Shown here piece by piece: positions 35,536-46,972 of a stretch of DNA of 64,000 bases. Below the pieces are notes generated by a model, which was not told where the DNA came from, searched no databases, and was given only the letters and a program-made list of their open reading frames with translations. The DNA lies in the NCBI GenBank assembly GCA_040381175.1, contig JBEIHU010000001.1:20-64019 (forward strand), written 5' to 3'. The position numbers and the translations under genes were made by a program. Position 1 is the stretch's first letter. The number at the start of each line of letters is the position of its first letter. The DNA is from Burkholderiaceae bacterium. GTDB taxonomy: Bacteria > Pseudomonadota > Gammaproteobacteria > Burkholderiales > Burkholderiaceae_C.

Positions 35536-36444
35536 TCACGCGGCAACCCCCTGCATGATCTCCAGGAACACGTCCTCCAGATCGGCCCGGCCGATCTCCA
35601 GGTCTTCGACCTTGATGCCGCCGCTGCGCAGCGCGGCCAGCAGCGTTTCGACCTCGGCCGCGTCGTGGGCCTTCAGCTGCACGATGCGGCCGGTGACGCG
35701 CGCTGAGCGCGCCAATGCCGCCGGCAGCGACTGGTCGGTCTTGAAGCGCAACATCGTGCTCGCGGTGCCGGCCAGCAGATTGGCGGTGCGGTCCAGCGCC
35801 ACCACCCGGCCCTGCTTGAGCATGGCAATGCGCGAGCACAGCGCCTCGGCCTCTTCCAGGTAGTGCGTGGTCAGCAGCACGGTATGGCCTTCGCGGTTCA
35901 GCCGGGCGATGAACTGCCACAGCGTCTGGCGCAGTTCCACGTCGACGCCGGCGGTGGGCTCGTCCAGCACGATCACCGGCGGCCGGTGCACCAGCGCCTG
36001 GGCCACCAGCACGCGGCGCTTCATGCCGCCGGACAGCTGGCGCATGTTGGCGCCGGCCTTGTCGGCCAGGCCCAGCTCATGCAGCAGCTCGTCGATCCAG
36101 GCGTCGTTGTGCTTCAGGCCGAAATAGCCGCTCTGGATGCGCAGCGTCTCGCGCACGCTGAAGAAGGGGTCGAAAACCAGCTCCTGCGGCACGATGCCCA
36201 GCGCCTTGCGCGCGGCGGCGTAGTCGGCCACCACGTCGTGGCCCATCACCCGCACCGCGCCGCTGCTGGCCCGTGTGAGGCCGGCCAGGATGCTGATCAG
36301 CGTGGTCTTGCCGGCACCATTGGGGCCGAGCAGTCCGAAGAACTCGCCTTGCTGGATGTCGAAGGACACCTCGTCCAGCGCACGCAGCGTGCCGCGCGCA
36401 CCCTGATAAGTCTTGCAAACGTGCTGGAACGACACCGCGGGCAT
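35536..36444 (-). CDS. ABC transporter ATP-binding protein (YadG-like)
   Basis: GPNGAGKTT, LSGGMKRR, LDEPT. Confidence 0.9.
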   Translation of the reverse strand: MPAVSFQHVCKTYQGARGTLRALDEVSFDIQQGEFFGLLGPNGAGKTTLISILAGLTRASSGAVRVMGHDVVADYAAARKALGIVPQELVFDPFFSVRETLRIQSGYFGLKHNDAWIDELLHELGLADKAGANMRQLSGGMKRRVLVAQALVHRPPVIVLDEPTAGVDVELRQTLWQFIARLNREGHTVLLTTHYLEEAEALCSRIAMLKQGRVVALDRTANLLAGTASTMLRFKTDQSLPAALARSARVTGRIVQLKAHDAAEVETLLAALRSGGIKVEDLEIGRADLEDVFLEIMQGVAA

Positions 36445-36502
36445 GGCCAGGATTGTAGGCAGGCGGCACCCCGGCGCGACTTGATGCTAGATTGCCGCCA
36501 CC

Positions 36503-37162
36503 ATGGCCACCAAGAAACCGCGGCGCACCGCCGAGCGCATCCTCGAAGTCACGCTCGAGCTGTTCAACCGCTTCGGCGAACCCAACGTCAGCACCACGCT
36601 GATCTCGGCCGAGCTGAACATCAGCCCGGGCAACCTGTACTACCACTACCCGGCCAAGGACGAGCTGATCAACTCGCTGTTCGACCGCTACGAACGCGCG
36701 CTGAACGAGCTGCTGCAGGCCGCCGAGGGCGTGCGCAACATCGAGGACGCGTGGCTGTTCTTCCACATGCTGTTCGAGCTGATCTGGCAGTACCGCTTCC
36801 TCTACCGCGACCTGAACGACCTGCTGTCCAAGAACCGCCGGCTGGAGACGCATTTCCAGTTCGTGCTGAAGAACAAGTCGCGCGCGGTGCAGCTGGTGCT
36901 CGACGCGCTGTCGACCGGCAGCGCATTGCCCATCGATCGGCGCCAGGCCGAGCCGGCGGCCAATGCCATGGTGGTGGTGCTGACCTATTGGCTCAGCTAC
37001 GAGTACGTGCGCGACCCGCGCAAGGCGCTGGAACCCGAGAACGCCGCCGCGGCGCTGGCGCGCGGCGCTTATCATGTGCTGTGCCTGTTGATGCCCTACC
37101 TGGACGAGGCCTCGCAGCAGCACCTGCACTCGCTTGCCGACGACTACCTGAAGAGCGCCTGA
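36503..37162 (+). CDS. TetR family regulator (YiaG/PhaD-like)
   Basis: HTH ISAELNISPGNLYYHY. Confidence 0.88.
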   Translation: MATKKPRRTAERILEVTLELFNRFGEPNVSTTLISAELNISPGNLYYHYPAKDELINSLFDRYERALNELLQAAEGVRNIEDAWLFFHMLFELIWQYRFLYRDLNDLLSKNRRLETHFQFVLKNKSRAVQLVLDALSTGSALPIDRRQAEPAANAMVVVLTYWLSYEYVRDPRKALEPENAAAALARGAYHVLCLLMPYLDEASQQHLHSLADDYLKSA

Positions 37163-37171
37163 GATCCGGGG

Positions 37172-38581
37172 CTACGCGGCCCAAGGCAGCATCAGCGTCA
37201 GCCACAGCAGCTTGTCGAGCTCGGGCGCGAAGCGCTCGACGATCTTCTGCGGCTCCGGACAGAGCCTGCGGTCGGTGATCAGCGCGAACTGCACGCCGCC
37301 CGCATAGGAAAAAATGCTGACGCCCATCGCCACATCGCCCGACTGCGGCACCCAGAAGATGCTCTGGCGCAGCGTCGAGCCGCAAAACCGCAGCAGTTGC
37401 GTAGGCCCGGGCACGTTGGTCATGACTGCGGTGGCCTTCTTCGCAAACAGGTTGAGCAGCGCATCCTGACCGCTCTTGTTCAACAGCCCGGCCACGGCCA
37501 GCACGCCGAAGGCCAGCACCGGCTGGTAGCTGCCCTTCAGCTCGCCCATGCGCGCGCGCACCGCATAGACCCGCTCGACCGGATTGCCGATGCCGATGGG
37601 CAGCACCAGCGGCGCCAGCCCGAAGCGGTTGCCCAGTTGGTGGGCTTCACCCAGCGGGCGCAGGTTCACCGGCACCATGGCGCGGATGCCCTTGCCGGCG
37701 GGGTCGTCGCCGACCTCGCGCAGGTAGTCGCCGATGGCGCCAGCCACGCAGGACAGCAGCACGTCGTTGATCGACGCGTGAAGCGCCTTGCCGATGCTCT
37801 TGACCACGTCCAGCGGAATCGGCTCGCCCCAGGCGACGATCTTGCGACCCTCCGGCTTGCCCTTCAGCCGGGTGGGCGAATCGTCGTCCATCAGCGCCAG
37901 CGCCGCCAGGTCGTTGGCCACGCGGTAGCCGATGCGCGCCAGCTCGCGGCTGCCGTCCTGCGGATGGGCCACCAGATCCATCGCACCGGCCACGCCTTCG
38001 CCGGACAGGTCGATAGCCTTCACCGCCATGTCGGTCAGCGGCCTGATCAGGTGGGCCGACAGCCACTCGTCATCGCCGTGCTCGGCATGCGGGCCGTGCG
38101 GCGGCGGCAGCGCGCCGCCGTCGGTGATGGACAGCACCACCGAGGTCAGCGAGATGCCGTCGCCAATGCAATGGTGGATGCGCACCATGATCGCGCTGCC
38201 GCCTTCGTAGCGCTCGACCAGGTGAAACTGCCAAAGCGGACGCGCCGGGTCGAGCGGCGTGGTCGCCAGTGCACCGCAGCGCTGTTGCAGCGCCGCGCGC
38301 TCGCTCTGGCCGCGCTTGCGCGGAAGGTGTTCGCGCAACACGTGGCGGCGGATATCGAAGTCCTCGTCCTCCACCCAGCTGGCGCCGAGCATGTCCTCGA
38401 CCACCTTCTGGCGGAAACGCGGGTACTGCAGCAGCCGCTGCTCGATACGCTGGCACACCGCCTCGTAGGCCACGCCCGGCTGCAGCAACCACACACCGAC
38501 GATCATCATCAGGTTGACGTCGCTGTCCATGCGCAGCCAGGCGTTGTCCACGCGGCTCATGCGCTCTGATGGGGCCGGCAT
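37172..38581 (-). CDS. Wax ester synthase/diacylglycerol acyltransferase (WS/DGAT)
   Basis: PLW, catalytic HHCIGDG, NDV, TNVPGP. Confidence 0.92.
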   Translation of the reverse strand: MPAPSERMSRVDNAWLRMDSDVNLMMIVGVWLLQPGVAYEAVCQRIEQRLLQYPRFRQKVVEDMLGASWVEDEDFDIRRHVLREHLPRKRGQSERAALQQRCGALATTPLDPARPLWQFHLVERYEGGSAIMVRIHHCIGDGISLTSVVLSITDGGALPPPHGPHAEHGDDEWLSAHLIRPLTDMAVKAIDLSGEGVAGAMDLVAHPQDGSRELARIGYRVANDLAALALMDDDSPTRLKGKPEGRKIVAWGEPIPLDVVKSIGKALHASINDVLLSCVAGAIGDYLREVGDDPAGKGIRAMVPVNLRPLGEAHQLGNRFGLAPLVLPIGIGNPVERVYAVRARMGELKGSYQPVLAFGVLAVAGLLNKSGQDALLNLFAKKATAVMTNVPGPTQLLRFCGSTLRQSIFWVPQSGDVAMGVSIFSYAGGVQFALITDRRLCPEPQKIVERFAPELDKLLWLTLMLPWAA

Positions 38582-38668
38582 CTGATTGCTCCTTGGACGG
38601 CTCTTGTTCGCCCGGCTCGGTAAGATGGCTGCACGACCGAGCCATTTTCACCCACAGGAGACGCACCC

Positions 38669-38923
38669 ATGGCCAGCCTGAAAGCCAAGTTCGACAAGGC
38701 CGTCACCGACAGCAAGAAGCTGCCGGAAAAGCCCGACAACTCGACCCTGCTGAAGATCTACGCGCTGTACAAGCAGGCCAGCGAGGGCGACGTCGAAGGC
38801 AAGCGCCCCGGCATGACCGATTTCGTCGGCCGCGCCAAGTACGACGCCTGGGCCGGCATGAAGGGCAAGTCGGCCAACGAGGCGATGCAGGAATACGTCG
38901 ACCTGATCGAATCGCTGAAGTAG
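38669..38923 (+). CDS. Acyl-CoA-binding protein
   Basis: LYKQASEGD, RAKYDAW, AMQEY; AGGAG RBS. Confidence 0.92.
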   Translation: MASLKAKFDKAVTDSKKLPEKPDNSTLLKIYALYKQASEGDVEGKRPGMTDFVGRAKYDAWAGMKGKSANEAMQEYVDLIESLK

Positions 38924-38940
38924 CCGCTGCCTCCGGCGCC

Positions 38941-39283
38941 TCAGCGGCCGCGCGCGGCCAGCACGTTGCGCAGCGATGCCGGGCTCACCGAAGGCGGCCC
39001 GTCCGGTTCCTCGCGAGCCAGGCCTCGCCGTCGAAGCCGGCCGCGGCGAAGTACGCGCTGCGTGCCACGCCGCAGGCGACGCCAGCGGCCCGGCACTCGT
39101 CCATCAGGCGCAGCACGCCCGGGCGGGCGCGGATGCCGCCTTTGCGTCAGCAGATCGGCATGGATGGCGTTCTTGCGCGGCCGCAGCCTCGCGCCAGGAC
39201 CTCGCGTTCGGACCGGCGACAGGGCGCGTCACTGCGGCGCTGCATGCAGCCCAGCATGCGCTCGCGCCGACCGTGGCTCACAT
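38941..39283 (-). pseudogene. cbbY: CbbY (HAD-family XuBP phosphatase) remnant
   Basis: Frameshifted fragments GRRERML...EREVLAR / RKNAIHADLL / GGIRARPGVLRLMDECRAAGVA / SAYFAAAGF; HAD motif I absent. Confidence 0.6.
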
Positions 39284-39325
39284 GGCGCTCGCCGCAATCG
39301 GGGCAGTTGGTCAGTTTCGAGCCGG

Positions 39326-39813
39326 TCAGGCCGGCGCTGCCACCGAACCGTGCCCCGGGCCGTTGCGCTCGCGCGCCAGCATCTTTTCGGCCAGCGCGAA
39401 GCCGACCGCGTTGCCGACGCCCTGGCCGGTCGGGCCAGTGGTGGCGTCGGCCCCCGGCGTCAGACCCGGTTCCGGCTGACGCGCTGGCTTGCTGTGCAGC
39501 TTGCGGAAGCTTTTGATCTCATCGATCGGCAGCTCGTGGCCGCCCAGGTGCGGCAGCTCCCACGGCAGCATCGACGCGCGGCCGTTGCTGAGCAAGAAGC
39601 GGCGCGGTCCGGCCGGTGCGGCTTGGCCGGGTTGCGGCGCAGGTGGCCGGTGCACAGCGCCACCGCCGTCTCGGCCATGCCTATTGGCGCGCCGGGGCGG
39701 CCGGAGTTGACCTGCTGCACGGCGTCCAGGGCCAGCGCGCGCAGCGCGTCGGCACGCGCATCGGTCGGTGCCCGGCCACTGCACAGCCCCTTGACGTTGG
39801 AGGCTGAAGCCAT
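39326..39813 (-). pseudogene. cbbT: Transketolase (CbbT) N-terminal remnant
   Basis: ADALRALALDAVQQVNSGRPGAP, -1 shift near 39603, RFLLSNGR, TTGPTGQGVGNAVGFALAEK; ~160 codons left, conserved His lost; TGATG-coupled to prk. Confidence 0.88.
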
Positions 39814-40697
39814 CACAGCGCTCCCTGGGCGCGCTTGCGACGCTCCATCATGCGCCAGATGAAGGGCGTGAAGATCAGCTGCATCGCCAGCTCCATCTTG
39901 CCGCCGGGCACGACGATGGTGTTGGCGCGCGACATGAACGAGTCGCCGATCATGTTCAGCAGGTAGGGAAAGTCGATGCCCTTGGGGTTGGCGAAGCGGA
40001 TGACGACGAAGCTCTCGTCGGCGGCAGGGATCTCGCGCGCGATGAAGGGGTTGCTGGTATCCACGCAGGGCACGCGCTGGAAGTTGACATGCGTGTGCGC
40101 GAACTGCGGGCAGATGTAGTGCACGTAGTCGGGCATGCGGCGCAGGATGGTGTCGGTCACCGCCTCGGTGGAGTAGCCGCGCTTGGACTTGTCTCGCCAC
40201 AGCTTCTGTATCCATTCGAGGTTGATCACCGGCACCACGCCAATCAGCAGGTCGGGATAGCGTGCCACGTTGACCTCGGGCGTGATCACCGCGCCGTGAA
40301 GCCCCTCGTAGAACAGCAGGTCGGTGCCGCCGGGCACGTCCTCCCAGGCGGTGAAGGTGCCGGGCTCCTGGCCATGGGGAGCGGCCTCGTCGGCATCGTG
40401 CAGGTACAGGCGGCGCCGGCCGGTTCCGCTTGCGCTGTAGCTGCGGAACAGCTGTTCGAGCTCGGCGAACAGGTTGTTCTCCGGACCGAAGTGGCTGAAG
40501 TGCTTGTTGCCCGCCGCCTCGGCCTCGGCCTGCCGCAGCTTCATCTCCTTGCGCTCGTAGCGGTGGAAGCTGTCGCCTTCGACGATCGCGGCAGTGACGC
40601 TCTCGCGCCTGAAAATGTTTTCGAAAGTGTGCGTCACCGAAGTGGTACCCGCGCCCGACGATCCGGTGACGGCAATGATGGGATGGCGCTCGGACAT
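39813..40697 (-). CDS. cbbP: Phosphoribulokinase (proteobacterial type), intact
   Basis: GSSGAGTT, EGDSFHRYER, FYEGLHG, WIQKLWRD..RGYS, ILRRM, VPGGK; 294 aa uninterrupted. Confidence 0.95.
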   Translation of the reverse strand: MSERHPIIAVTGSSGAGTTSVTHTFENIFRRESVTAAIVEGDSFHRYERKEMKLRQAEAEAAGNKHFSHFGPENNLFAELEQLFRSYSASGTGRRRLYLHDADEAAPHGQEPGTFTAWEDVPGGTDLLFYEGLHGAVITPEVNVARYPDLLIGVVPVINLEWIQKLWRDKSKRGYSTEAVTDTILRRMPDYVHYICPQFAHTHVNFQRVPCVDTSNPFIAREIPAADESFVVIRFANPKGIDFPYLLNMIGDSFMSRANTIVVPGGKMELAMQLIFTPFIWRMMERRKRAQGAL

Positions 40698-40716
40698 GGC
40701 GGCGTGCTTTCGTTGT

Positions 40717-41808
40717 TCAGTCACGGAACAGGCTGCGTTCGGCAAACAGCGGGTTCCGGGTCTCATTGGCGGGTTCGCGGTGGTAGCGCTCGATGCGCTC
40801 GACCTCGTGGCGCGAGCCGAAGACCAGCGGAACGCGCTGGTGCAGCGAGCCGGGCGCCACGTTCAGGATCGGCTGGCGCCCGGTGCTGGCGCGCCCGCCG
40901 GCCTGCTCGATGATGAAGCCGATCGGGTTGCCCTCGTAAAGCAGGCGCAGCCGGCCGGGCTTGGACGGGTCCTTGGTGTCGCGAGGGTACAGGAAGACGC
41001 CGCCGCGCATCAGGATGCGGTGCGCCTCGGCCACCATGCTGGCGATCCAGCGCATGTTGAAGTCCTTGCCGCGCGGCCCGGTGCGTCCGGCCAGACACTC
41101 GTCGACATAGCGCTTGACCGGCGGCTCCCAGAAGCGGCTGTTCGAGCTGTTGATGGCGAACTCCTGCGTGTCGGCCGGCACGCGGATGTCCGGGTGCGTC
41201 AGGACAAACTCGCCCAGGTTCGGGTTCAGCGTGAAGCCGCTGACGCCGTTGCCCACGCTCAGGATCAGCATCGTGGTCGGGCCGTACAGCGCGTAGCCGG
41301 CGGCCACCTGCTGCACGCCCGGTTGCAGGAAATCGGCCTCGCCAAGGTGGCGGCCGCTGTCCACCGCCTCCTGCGGCGCGCGCAGGATCGAGAAGATGCT
41401 GCCGACCGAAAAGTTGACGTCGATGTTCGACGAACCATCGAGCGGATCGAAGACCAGCAGGTACTTGCCGCGCGGGTACTGCGCCGGGATCTGCAGCAGG
41501 TCGTCCATCTCTTCCGAGGCCATGCCGGCGAGGTGGCCGTTCCACTCGTTCATGCGGATGAAGACTTCGTTGCTGAGCTCAACCAGCGGCTTCTGCACAT
41601 CGCCCTGGACGTTGATTCGGCCGTCCTGGGTCGGGCCAGTGTCGGCCAAGGAATCGTGCAGTTCGCCGAAGGCCACGATACGGGCGATCGCCTTGCACGC
41701 CAGCGCGATGTCCAGGATCAACGCGTTCAGGTCGCCGCTGGCTTGCGGAAAGCGGCGGCGCTCCTCGATCAGGTGACGGGTCAGGGTCCAGCGCTTGGAC
41801 ATGGGCAT
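40717..41808 (-). CDS. cbbF: Class 1 fructose-1,6-/sedoheptulose-1,7-bisphosphatase, intact
   Basis: [39 protein letters not shown]; 363 aa uninterrupted. Confidence 0.95.
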   Translation of the reverse strand: MPMSKRWTLTRHLIEERRRFPQASGDLNALILDIALACKAIARIVAFGELHDSLADTGPTQDGRINVQGDVQKPLVELSNEVFIRMNEWNGHLAGMASEEMDDLLQIPAQYPRGKYLLVFDPLDGSSNIDVNFSVGSIFSILRAPQEAVDSGRHLGEADFLQPGVQQVAAGYALYGPTTMLILSVGNGVSGFTLNPNLGEFVLTHPDIRVPADTQEFAINSSNSRFWEPPVKRYVDECLAGRTGPRGKDFNMRWIASMVAEAHRILMRGGVFLYPRDTKDPSKPGRLRLLYEGNPIGFIIEQAGGRASTGRQPILNVAPGSLHQRVPLVFGSRHEVERIERYHREPANETRNPLFAERSLFRD

Positions 41809-41825
41809 GGTCGCGGCTTTCCGGT

Positions 41826-43081
<1,256 letters not shown>

Positions 43082-43315
43082 GCGTTTGCTTCGCTGCGCG
43101 GCATTGGGTTTGACCTGGCAATGACCTCGCTCTGGGTTCGGGTCTTGTTGATTGAAAGCCAGACTTGCTTTCCGCGCAGATGACAAACGCTCAGCAAGAA
43201 GGTGCGGACGACGGAATGCCGGTGTGTCGATGTGCCAATGCTCAGCAGCACAGGAGACCCCGAACCACGGCCGAGGCGCCGCCGCGGCGGGGCGAAGGCG
43301 CCGGCGGCAAGCGCG

Positions 43316-43657
43316 CTACTTGCGCGCCTTGCGCACCTCGGCCGCCTTCCTGGCAGGGGCGGAGGCCCCGGCGGTGAGCAGCTTGTCGAGATTGCGCTCG
43401 ATCTCGGTTTCGATCGTACGGCTGAACGCGCCGAGCAGGAAACCGAGCTTGGCGTTGAGGTCGAAGTGGTCGGCCGCGACGATGAGCGTGCCCTTGACGC
43501 CCGAGCGGGTGAATTCGATCGTGTCGCTGAAATCGCCCTCGATCACGCTGCACTGCATGTCGAAGTTCTTCTCAACGTCCTCGGCCCACTGCCAAGCCAC
43601 CTTTCGCGCCTTGGACAAGCCGAGCTTGTGCTCGCGATGAATGCGAATCTCCGCCAC
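43316..43657 (-). CDS. Polyhydroxyalkanoic acid system protein (PHA granule region family)
   Basis: IHREHKLG..AR, FTRSGVKG, KLGFLLG; AGGAG RBS before GTG. Confidence 0.82.
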   Translation of the reverse strand: MAEIRIHREHKLGLSKARKVAWQWAEDVEKNFDMQCSVIEGDFSDTIEFTRSGVKGTLIVAADHFDLNAKLGFLLGAFSRTIETEIERNLDKLLTAGASAPARKAAEVRKARK

Positions 43658-43674
43658 GAGGTCTGCTCCTGAAT

Positions 43675-44763
43675 CTATGGAATGGCGCGTAGTGTGGCGT
43701 GGCGCTGCGCCTTCGGCAAGGCGGCGATTTCGGCCGCCCGGGCATGGAAGCGCTCGAGGTCGCCCCCCTGCTGCACGAACAGGCGCTCGAAGTCGCCGGC
43801 CAGTTCGTTGTAGGCCGCCAACACGCCCAGCGAGGCGTTGTTGACCTGCTCGAACCACGCGTCGTAACCGGCAAACCCTCCCCAGCGCTGCTGCTTCATC
43901 TGCGCATAGTCGGCGCGCAGCCGGGCAATCAGCTCGGCCTTGGCGCTGCGCTTGGCCGCGTCGCCGAGCTCGCTGTCGTACAGGTGCTCGAACCGTTCGC
44001 GGTAGCGCGCCGTCAGCTCGCGGAAGTCCTGCCTGCGCTGCAGGCCGTCAAGGTACTGCGCGCGCGCAGCCTGGCTGCCATGCCGCTCGAGCCACAGCCG
44101 CGTGCCGATCCGTTCCACCGCGGTGGCGAAGGACTCGTTGTACATGGTGTCGCCGGCGACATAGAGCTTCTGGTGCGCCAGCTCATGGAAGATCATTCGC
44201 GCCAGCTCGGCTTCGGAGCCGTTGACGAAGGTGTTGAGCAGCGGGTCGCCGCCGATCCAGTTGCTCCAGCCCAGCGTCGAGTAGGCTGGCACGCCGTAGA
44301 CGCCAACGTCGTAGCCTTGATCGCGCACGTGCGCAGCGAAGTCATCGGCCTGCGCACGGTCGAAGTAGCCGCGATAGCCGACGCAGCCGGCCACCGGAAA
44401 GCACCAGGTCTTGAGCTGCAGCGACAACGCTGGCGCGGCCACCACGTTCCATACCGCAGCCGGCCGCTGCAGGTCGGCATAGGCGCGGTAGCTGGCGTTG
44501 TCGGGCAGCTTCAGCACCTGGACCGAGAACTCGCGCATCTGCTGCGACAGCGCCAGGCGCTGTTTCAGCGCGGCCGGCGTGTCGGCCTGAGCGATCCAGT
44601 CGTCCACCGGCTTGGCACGCGACATCAGGTCGAGGTGGCCGCCCACCGACTGGCGGTAGTAGCCCAGCTCGCTGCAGCCGCTGCCCAGGCACAGCGCGCC
44701 CACGGCCAGCAGCGCCGTGCCGGCAAGCCCGAGCCCGGCCATCAGCCAGTGGCGCCGCGCCAC
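43675..44763 (-). CDS. Putative zinc aminopeptidase (DUF2265-like)
   Basis: WCFPVAGCVGYRGYF, AYSTLGW, HELAH...NES. Confidence 0.85.
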   Translation of the reverse strand: MARRHWLMAGLGLAGTALLAVGALCLGSGCSELGYYRQSVGGHLDLMSRAKPVDDWIAQADTPAALKQRLALSQQMREFSVQVLKLPDNASYRAYADLQRPAAVWNVVAAPALSLQLKTWCFPVAGCVGYRGYFDRAQADDFAAHVRDQGYDVGVYGVPAYSTLGWSNWIGGDPLLNTFVNGSEAELARMIFHELAHQKLYVAGDTMYNESFATAVERIGTRLWLERHGSQAARAQYLDGLQRRQDFRELTARYRERFEHLYDSELGDAAKRSAKAELIARLRADYAQMKQQRWGGFAGYDAWFEQVNNASLGVLAAYNELAGDFERLFVQQGGDLERFHARAAEIAALPKAQRHATLRAIP

Positions 44764-44767
44764 CGCC

Positions 44768-46822
44768 TCACGCCGCCACCGCCTCGACCTCGACCAGGCA
44801 GTCGTAGAACGACGGCGCGCGGCCGATGTCGGTGAGCCGCTGGTGCGTCAGCTCGTTGACATTGCGGCCGTCCAGCCCGAGCTTGCGCCACCAGATGCCC
44901 AGGCCGTTGACCACGCCCGGGCGGGCGCGGCTGCCGACCCGGCAGCGGCAGCGGATGCTGCCGCGGTCGTTGAAGACGCGAACCAGGCTCTGGTCGGCAA
45001 TGCCGCGCGCCGCGGCGTCCTCGGCATGCATCTCCAGCAGCGGCTCGCCTTCGATGTCGCGCAGGCTCTTCACGTTGACGAAGGTCGAGTTCAGGAAGTT
45101 GCGCGCCGGCGGCGAGATCATCGCCAGCGGATAACGCTGCGCCAGCTCCGGCGCCGAGGCCCGGCTTTCGTAGCTGGGCACGTGGTCGGGCACGCCCAGG
45201 CCTGGCGCATCGGCCAGGGCCTTGCCGCCGGGGGTGGGGAAGCCGCCCTCGGCGAAGGGCGCGTCGGGCAGGTCCAGCTTGACCCAGCCCCGCGCGCGCA
45301 GCAACTCGAAGTCCACCCATTCAGGCTTCAGCGCAACACGCGCCAGCGCTTCGTCGTCATCGGCAAAGCAGGCGTCGGTGAAGCCCATGCGTGAGGCCAG
45401 GTCACGGAAGATCTGCGTGTTCGGCCTGGCCCGGCCCACCGGCCGGACAGACGGCTCGTTGATCAGGGCATAGGTATGCCCGTAGGAGGTATGGACGTCG
45501 AGATGCTCGAGCTGGGTGGTCGCGGGCAGCACGTAGTCGGCAAGGTCGGCGGTGTCGGTCATGAAGTGCTCGAGCACCACGGTGAACAGGTCTTCGCGGG
45601 CAAAGCCCGCCACGACCTCGCGGCTTTGCGGCGCCACCGCCACCGGGTTGCTGTTGTAGACGACCACAGCCTCGATCTTCGGCCCGAAAGCCGCCGAGGC
45701 AGGGCGAAGCAGGTCGCTGCCGATGGTGCTCATGTTGATGATGCGCGGCTGCCGTCCGGCCAGCAGGTCGGGGCGCTGCAAAGCGAAGTCGTCGCGCACC
45801 GGCGCAAACCAGCCCGAGGACGACAGCAGCAGTCCGCCGGCGCGGTGCCGCCAGGCGCCCACCAGGCAGGGCAGCAGCGCGATCAGCCGCACCGCATTGC
45901 CGCCGCCGCGCGCGCGCTGCATTCCGTAGTTCAGGCGGATGGCCGCGGGCCGGGTCGTGCCGTAATCGCGGGCCAGGGCGCGGACCTGCACCACCGACAG
46001 GCCGCACAGCTCGGCCGCACGCTCGGCCGGCCATTGCAGGGCGCGCTCGCGCAGCGCGGGCCAGCCCTGCACGTGGCGGTCCAGGTAGTCGTGGTCCAGC
46101 CAGTCGTGGGTGATCAGCTCGTGCATCAGGCCCAGCGCCAGCGCGCCGTCGCTGCCAGGCAGCAACGCCAGGTGCTCGTGGCACTTTTCGGCCGTCTCGG
46201 TGCGGCGCGGGTCGATGCACACCAGCTTGGCTCCGGCCCGCTTGGCCTCTTGAGCGAATGTCCAGAAATGCAGGTTCGAGGCGATCGAGTTGCTGCCCCA
46301 GATCAGGATCAACCTGCTGTGCGCATAGTGCTCGACATGCATGCCGACCTTGGCGCCGTAGGTGGCGGTCAGCGCTTCGCCGCCGGCACTGGCGCAGATG
46401 GTGCGGTCCAGCCGCGACGCGCCCAGTTTGTGGAAGAAGCGTGCCGCCATGCTCTCGCCCTGCAGCAGGCCCATCGTGCCGGCGTAGCTGTAGGGCAGCA
46501 CTGCCTGCGGGTCGCGCGCGGCGATGGCCTTCAGCCGCGCGGCGATGTCGTCCAGCGCCTCGTCCCAGCCCACTTCTTCGAAGCGGCCCGAACCCTTGGG
46601 CCCGACGCGCTTGAGCGGTTGCAGCACCCGCTCGGGGTGGTAGCTGCGCTCGGCATAGCGCGACACCTTGGTGCACAGCGCGCCATGGGTCGTGGGGTGC
46701 GCGGCGTCGCCCTGCACGCGTACCGCACGCCCGGCCTGCACGGTGACGAGCATCGCGCAGGTATCGGGGCAGTCGTGCGGGCAGGCGGCACGCACCACCC
46801 GGCCGGTCTCGGGCGGATTCAT
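44768..46822 (-). CDS. Molybdopterin oxidoreductase family protein
   Basis: CPHDCPDTC...LCTK Fe-S motif, SNP, TDTADLADYVLPA, molybdopterin C-terminal domain. Confidence 0.9.
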   Translation of the reverse strand: MNPPETGRVVRAACPHDCPDTCAMLVTVQAGRAVRVQGDAAHPTTHGALCTKVSRYAERSYHPERVLQPLKRVGPKGSGRFEEVGWDEALDDIAARLKAIAARDPQAVLPYSYAGTMGLLQGESMAARFFHKLGASRLDRTICASAGGEALTATYGAKVGMHVEHYAHSRLILIWGSNSIASNLHFWTFAQEAKRAGAKLVCIDPRRTETAEKCHEHLALLPGSDGALALGLMHELITHDWLDHDYLDRHVQGWPALRERALQWPAERAAELCGLSVVQVRALARDYGTTRPAAIRLNYGMQRARGGGNAVRLIALLPCLVGAWRHRAGGLLLSSSGWFAPVRDDFALQRPDLLAGRQPRIINMSTIGSDLLRPASAAFGPKIEAVVVYNSNPVAVAPQSREVVAGFAREDLFTVVLEHFMTDTADLADYVLPATTQLEHLDVHTSYGHTYALINEPSVRPVGRARPNTQIFRDLASRMGFTDACFADDDEALARVALKPEWVDFELLRARGWVKLDLPDAPFAEGGFPTPGGKALADAPGLGVPDHVPSYESRASAPELAQRYPLAMISPPARNFLNSTFVNVKSLRDIEGEPLLEMHAEDAAARGIADQSLVRVFNDRGSIRCRCRVGSRARPGVVNGLGIWWRKLGLDGRNVNELTHQRLTDIGRAPSFYDCLVEVEAVAA

Positions 46823-46972
46823 GCCTCAATCATGGCATGACGGGCCGCAGCGGCAGGATCACACGTCGCGCAGCACCCGCCGGGCACCGCGGCTCGCGCA
46901 CAATGCTACAAACCGGGCTGGCAGGCTTGCAAAGCGGCCAGGCCATCCGACCCGACCACCCGAAAGACCGCG

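Noticed and set aside
43082-43315. cbbR gene or CbbR box upstream of cbbL
   Set aside because: No LysR-like peptide is readable; an AGGAGA near 43252 has no valid start codon; T-N11-A matches are too unspecific.
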